Below are positions 60,501 to 64,000 of a DNA stretch of 64,000 nucleotides, piece by piece. Under the pieces are notes generated by a model, which searched no databases, was not told the origin of the DNA, and was given only the letters and a program-made list of their open reading frames with translations. Location: the NCBI GenBank assembly GCA_964187785.1, contig OZ076410.1:12710001-12774000 (forward strand), written 5' to 3'. The position numbers and the translations under genes were made by a program. Source of the stretch: Amphiscolops sp. MND2022. Taxonomy: Eukaryota. The first letter of the stretch is position 1; each line of letters starts with the position of its first letter.

Positions 60501-63500
60501 CTTGAAATGATATTATCACTCATTGTGGAATTTTGAAGCTGGGCTATGCTTAAGATACGACTCAATTCTATTGGTCAATTCATTTAATGTGTGAAGTTGC
60601 TTCACTTAAAGTAAAACTGGTGTATTATGCTGTAGAGCTCAATAAATCTTGTGCAAAATCACGAAATATCCCAAAACCTTGAATAAAAATCAAATTGTCG
60701 ACAACTATTGCGAGTCCGTGACGAATTCAAACTGACATTTGTTCGATCTTGATATAGTGCTAACTTGAAAATGTCACAGCTACTTGTCAACAAATTCTAA
60801 CTCCAAATGGAAAAAAACAATAAAAGAAAGAAATTTCTAACTATATTCTCAGTTGTCTAAGAGAACTTTTTGATAGTTTCAACTTGGTTTGTGTGTGTAG
60901 ATCGTGGAGCACGCGGACGTGGAGTGGAAGTTTGCGCGGTCGCAGATGTGGATGTCGTACTTCGAGGACGGACGCACCATCCCCGCGCCCTTCAGCATCA
61001 TCCCCTCGCCCAAGTCTTTCTGGAAGGTGATCTTGGCCGTGCGCACCCTCTGTGTGAAGGACCTGCAGGAGCTGGAGCAGAGACAGAAGATGGCCAAGTT
61101 GAACACCCGGATGAAGGAGATGGAACGCAAGTACCAGGACGTCCTCACAAACCTCACCCAGAGGTTAAAATGACACCTTAAATAGCCATTGGTATTAATC
61201 ACCAAACTCACACAGAGGTGACCGACCCATCGCCTGGAACAACAATGGAGGTGTCAATCCCTGAACTCCCCTCGGTTGACCCTCCCTCGGTTGACCCTCC
61301 CTCGGTTAACTCTCCCTCCTTGCAAGTCGTAGAAAGATCGTACTATGAAACGTATGATAGAGTTCGTACACAGTTTGAGGGAATTGAGGCTTTGAGGGAT
61401 GGCACGTGCCATAACGCACGCCAGCAACTCAAAAAATCACCGCAACTTCAAATTTTATGTAGACCACTAGTGCTACCTCGCAAAAGAGCAGCTTGCCCCA
61501 GTCGCGACTGCTGGAATTTTTTACATGCTGCAGGCCTGCATGCAAGGTCACTTTTTACAAAACCTAGAAATTCAGTAAGCTTCTGGTTGTAGATCTCGTA
61601 GAATTACACTGCAATTTCCACTACTGCAAATAAATTTCTAAATAAATTCCACTTAGTTGCCGATGCGATCATGTATTCACACATTATTTGCTCAACTACT
61701 CATCTGGTGTGATCACCGCTTCTCAAGCAGCACGTTAAAGATGATGCTAATTTGCAGATTATTATGTGAATGAAGTTATTTTGTATTTCACTGGCCGTAA
61801 AACTGGTAGAAACTTAGTTGCATTTAAAATTAGAACTGGTTCTTGATGGAACCTCCAAAACTTCAAGGCCTAAAATTGCCGCCAAATTTAGTAAGCTTCT
61901 TTCAAGCAGCTTGATAAAAACCAATACAACAGGAAATACCTTTGCATGAAAGTTTCCGTAAGAGTGTTGGAAAGTCATAATAAACGTTGCAGGCTTCCGG
62001 GTTTGCGATATCGGTGTAAAAACCAACTTCTTTTCTAGCTATGATTTGTTAATCTTGCTAATACCTCACCTATTGAGGTAACGTGTTGAAATTACTGAAG
62101 TTCGAGAATGCAATAAAAAAACCGGTGCAATAAAAATAAAAATCATTAGAAAAAAAGAGTTACCAAAAAACGGATTTGATACCATGGAACCCAACTCAAG
62201 AACATGGTTAATATTGACATCTTTACCAAGATCTTGGTAAAACATGGTACGCTTGGCACGATCTTTCATAATCATGGTATCCTTGGCAAGATCTTGTAAG
62301 ATCATGGTAAGATCTTGGCAAGGCTAGCTATCGATTTACCATAGTTCTTGGCAAGCGTACCATGTCTTCGATCGCTGGGTGGCTATTGCACAAATAGAAA
62401 ACGCCTGGAGAAGAACTTCAGTGAAATAAAAACAAATGCATCATAAGTGCCACGCTTTCATTATTCACTGTAAGAGAAGTCATAGAAAATATGCATTTGG
62501 TAGTACGAGATACGATGTTACTGCCATGATAGATGCAGACAACTATTACATTATAGATGTAAACTGCTTAGTGCTTACAAAACAAAAAGTAGAGGTGAAA
62601 ACGCTAACGATTGTTGGTCTAGAGACTTGATTGCGAACACCTTTCATCCAATTAACATCGTAACATCCAAATAACAAACGTAACCAAGCAACTTGCTATG
62701 AAACTGATGAAAACCCAAACAACATTGTTTTCATGTACTTCTGTGGCGTATAAAAAGCGACCGTTTTTTGTTTGAGACCTTGTACACAAACTGTCACTAT
62801 ATACGTTTCAACAAGTGGCAGTCTTCACCAAAGCTAGCCGTAACTTTTACGTTAGTTTATCATGAATAATCCCGTTAAAGCTCGTAATCAAGTCAACAAA
62901 GGATACAACAGAAAAACGCCGAAGAACACCCCATTCTCGGTAAAAGGTCAAACTTTTGAGTCAAACTTGGTTCTCGAGGGTAAATTATGTTCCTTCTTCG
63001 TCCATTTTGAATGGTAAAAGTGTGAGGTCATATGTACTTTTATGCATTGTTTTGTATCATCCAAATGAATAAACTTTTCGTTTTTTCTTTCTTATCAAAA
63101 CCATTTGCTACCAGGTACATTGCCAACGTCAAGAAGTCTTCGGACGTAGAGCCTGTCACAGAAGATGACTTGAACGAGATCAAACAAGACATATCAGCCT
63201 TTCGTTACGAAGTTGTGGAGCTCCTGCGTAAAGACCTGGTGGATGACAACAGGGGCGGAAATTCTCCTCTATCTTCGCAGAGACGAACTTTGAAAGGATC
63301 CCGCAGAATGGATCACACCAGGAAAGCGGAGAGCTCCCTAGTGCAACACCTGGAAAATGGAGGAAAGATTCTGAACAAAACTGGGCGCAATCATATGGGC
63401 AGTTCCGGAGTTGGCGGACCCGGAAAACCGGGGCAGATACATGCACATAAAATGCAAGAGCCAGCGCCGCCCAGAAAAATCAGCAACCAGTTAACTGTGG

Positions 63501-64000
63501 ACGGGAAACCGCCTGTTGCTGACATGGGCTCAACAGCCATGAACCTTTTCGCCCAGAGTAATGCTGCTAACAATGCGGGTAATAGTCAACCGGGTTCAGC
63601 GCCGAACGTCTCTTTGTTGCCTACCATTCTCACAAAAGGCCAGCCCAACATTGGTTCCTTTGTGCTGACGCAGGATCCCAACAACCCTGAGGTTTTCACT
63701 GCGGTTCCCATCTGGAACGAGAAGAACCAGGCGAATGTTTTGGGACTTGCAATGCAACCTGTCGCCAACGCTGGCAACGAAACTGTGGGCGTGACTGCTG
63801 AAACCATCGAAGTCACTCCTCCCCCTGCGGTTTTGGTACCCCCAACGACCCCAGCGGAGCCAATAAAAACGAACCCTGATGACCTTGAAAGTTTGAAAAA
63901 GTCAGTTGCACCCTCGGCGCCAGCTTCAAAAGACGTTGAAAACGAGGAGCCAAAAGTTGCACAGCCAAAGGCGACTGAAAAACCAGACCCTGTCCAACCT
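45445..64000 (+). CDS. TRPC: Canonical transient receptor potential channel (TRPC family; TRPC4/5- or trp-gamma-like), 8 coding exons, C-terminus beyond the window
   Basis: Exons 45445-45553, 46194-46451, 48874-49120, 50458-51192, 52038-52408, 59345-59571, 60901-61163 and 63115->64000; all introns GT-AG; phases 1,1,2,2,1,0,2 join into 3096 nt without stops. Contains ankyrin repeats, the [10 protein letters not shown] Zn site, [22 protein letters not shown], the LFW pore helix, LLNMLIAMM, the EWKFAR TRP box and [19 protein letters not shown]. Confidence 0.96.
45579..45744. repeat. (ATGC)n self-complementary microsatellite at the 5' end of TRPC intron 1
   Basis: Direct inspection; starts ~25 nt after the donor. 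Confidence 0.95.
46194..46451 (+). CDS. TRPC: TRPC exon 2 (ankyrin repeats)
   Basis: [57 protein letters not shown]. Confidence 0.96.
48874..49120 (+). CDS. TRPC: TRPC exon 3 (ANK4 and Zn-binding motif)
   Basis: [48 protein letters not shown]. Confidence 0.96.
50055..50120 (-). mobile_element. tRNA-derived SINE-like head (TGC anticodon-like); second partial copy at ~49150-49192
   Basis: Minus strand CACAGTTGGTAGTACGTCCGCCTTGCAGACAGGAGGTCGTTTGTTCGAACCCGGACTGGAG has A- and B-box-like motifs and imperfect stems. Confidence 0.55.
50458..51192 (+). CDS. TRPC: TRPC exon 4 (linker, pre-S1, S1-S2)
   Basis: [81 protein letters not shown]. Confidence 0.96.
51439..51997. mobile_element. hAT-like MITE in TRPC intron 4
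   Basis: Left TAGGGGTGTACCGGACA matches the reverse complement of the right end, TGGAGGTGCACCGGACA. The 8-bp flanks ATGTTGAC / ATGACGAC match 6/8. GTCCGG subterminal repeats; a related fragment at ~46720-47000. Confidence 0.7.
52038..52408 (+). CDS. TRPC: TRPC exon 5 (S3-S5)
   Basis: [51 protein letters not shown]. Confidence 0.96.
52889..58274 (+). mobile_element. Full-length Ty3/Gypsy LTR retrotransposon, Mag-like, 5386 bp, in TRPC intron 5
   Basis: LTRs 52889-53157 and 58006-58274 (269 bp each, TG..CA, ~5 differences); TSD GCGAG at 52884-52888 and 58275-58279; PBS TGGCGCTGCGAGC from 53158; purine tract AAGAAAGCAAAGAAGGAGGAG just before the 3' LTR. Confidence 0.98.
53157..57913 (+). pseudogene. 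Single gag-pol ORF of the Gypsy element with three lesions
   Basis: Gag [20 protein letters not shown] and two Zn knuckles (second [14 protein letters not shown]); protease MVDSGS; [16 protein letters not shown]; RNase [21 protein letters not shown]; integrase HHCC and D(FAGP)-D(PG)-E(RL). Lesions: 1-nt loss in the A run 55149-55153, TAA at 55613-55615, TAA at 56843-56845. Confidence 0.95.
59345..59571 (+). CDS. TRPC: TRPC exon 6 (pore loop and S6)
   Basis: [39 protein letters not shown]. Confidence 0.96.
59577..59750. repeat. (CATGCAA)n-type microsatellite at the 5' end of TRPC intron 6
   Basis: Direct inspection; begins ~5 nt after the donor. Confidence 0.93.
59798..60583. mobile_element. 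TTAA-flanked MITE (Kolobok- or piggyBac-like) in TRPC intron 6
   Basis: Imperfect ~55-bp inverted termini (..CCAATA[A/G]AATTGAGTCGTATC[C/T]TAA[C/G]CATAGC..); TTAA at 59794-59797 and 60584-60587. Confidence 0.65.
60901..61163 (+). CDS. TRPC: TRPC exon 7 (TRP box)
   Basis: [50 protein letters not shown]. Confidence 0.96.
62113..62379. mobile_element. Right half of the CCCAGC-terminus MITE in TRPC intron 7
   Basis: High identity to 45018-45262; ends ..GTCTTCGATCGCTGGG. Confidence 0.75.
63115..64000 (+). CDS. TRPC: TRPC exon 8 (coiled coil and long low-complexity tail; incomplete, so absent from the ORF track)
   Basis: Acceptor CATTTGCTACCAG; [31 protein letters not shown]; the frame stays open to 64000. 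Confidence 0.92.

Noticed and set aside
61218-61592. 124-aa ORF with PSVDP repeats in TRPC intron 7
   Set aside because: No acceptor in the phase needed to join exon 7; driven by a 15-bp triplicate; no recognisable domain.

Overview
AT-rich, repeat-saturated metazoan genomic DNA with one 200-N scaffold gap (14188-14387). The repeat families resemble those I associate with convolutid acoel flatworm assemblies, but I cannot confirm the organism. One clear host gene is present: a canonical TRP channel (TRPC family) on the + strand. Eight coding exons from 45445 splice into one open frame of 1032 codons that runs off the window end. Its intron 5 holds a complete 5386-bp Mag-like Ty3/Gypsy retrotransposon (269-bp LTRs, GCGAG target-site duplication, three disabling lesions). 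The left end holds two head-to-tail decayed Polinton-type protein-primed DNA polymerase B units, a LINE endonuclease fragment, the last exon of a Rac-like GTPase (upstream exon decayed, probably a pseudogene), a 908-bp LTR/PBS-derived tandem and a truncated Gypsy. The middle is non-autonomous DNA elements (Helentron/DINE-1-like, MULE/Foldback-like, hAT-like, TTAA-flanked), a 2.7-kb 17-bp satellite, recent tandem duplications and long hairpins. Most distinctive observations: a family of long solo LTRs that themselves carry a ~215-codon ORF running in phase off the LTR end; the pPolB-only tandem unit; a satellite apparently grown from one arm of a Foldback-like element; a 92-bp-arm palindrome; and exon-by-exon GC3 mosaicism in TRPC. 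All percentages and counts are by eye, no database searches were run, and the many long ORFs in 27.3-30.1 kb are repeat artefacts.
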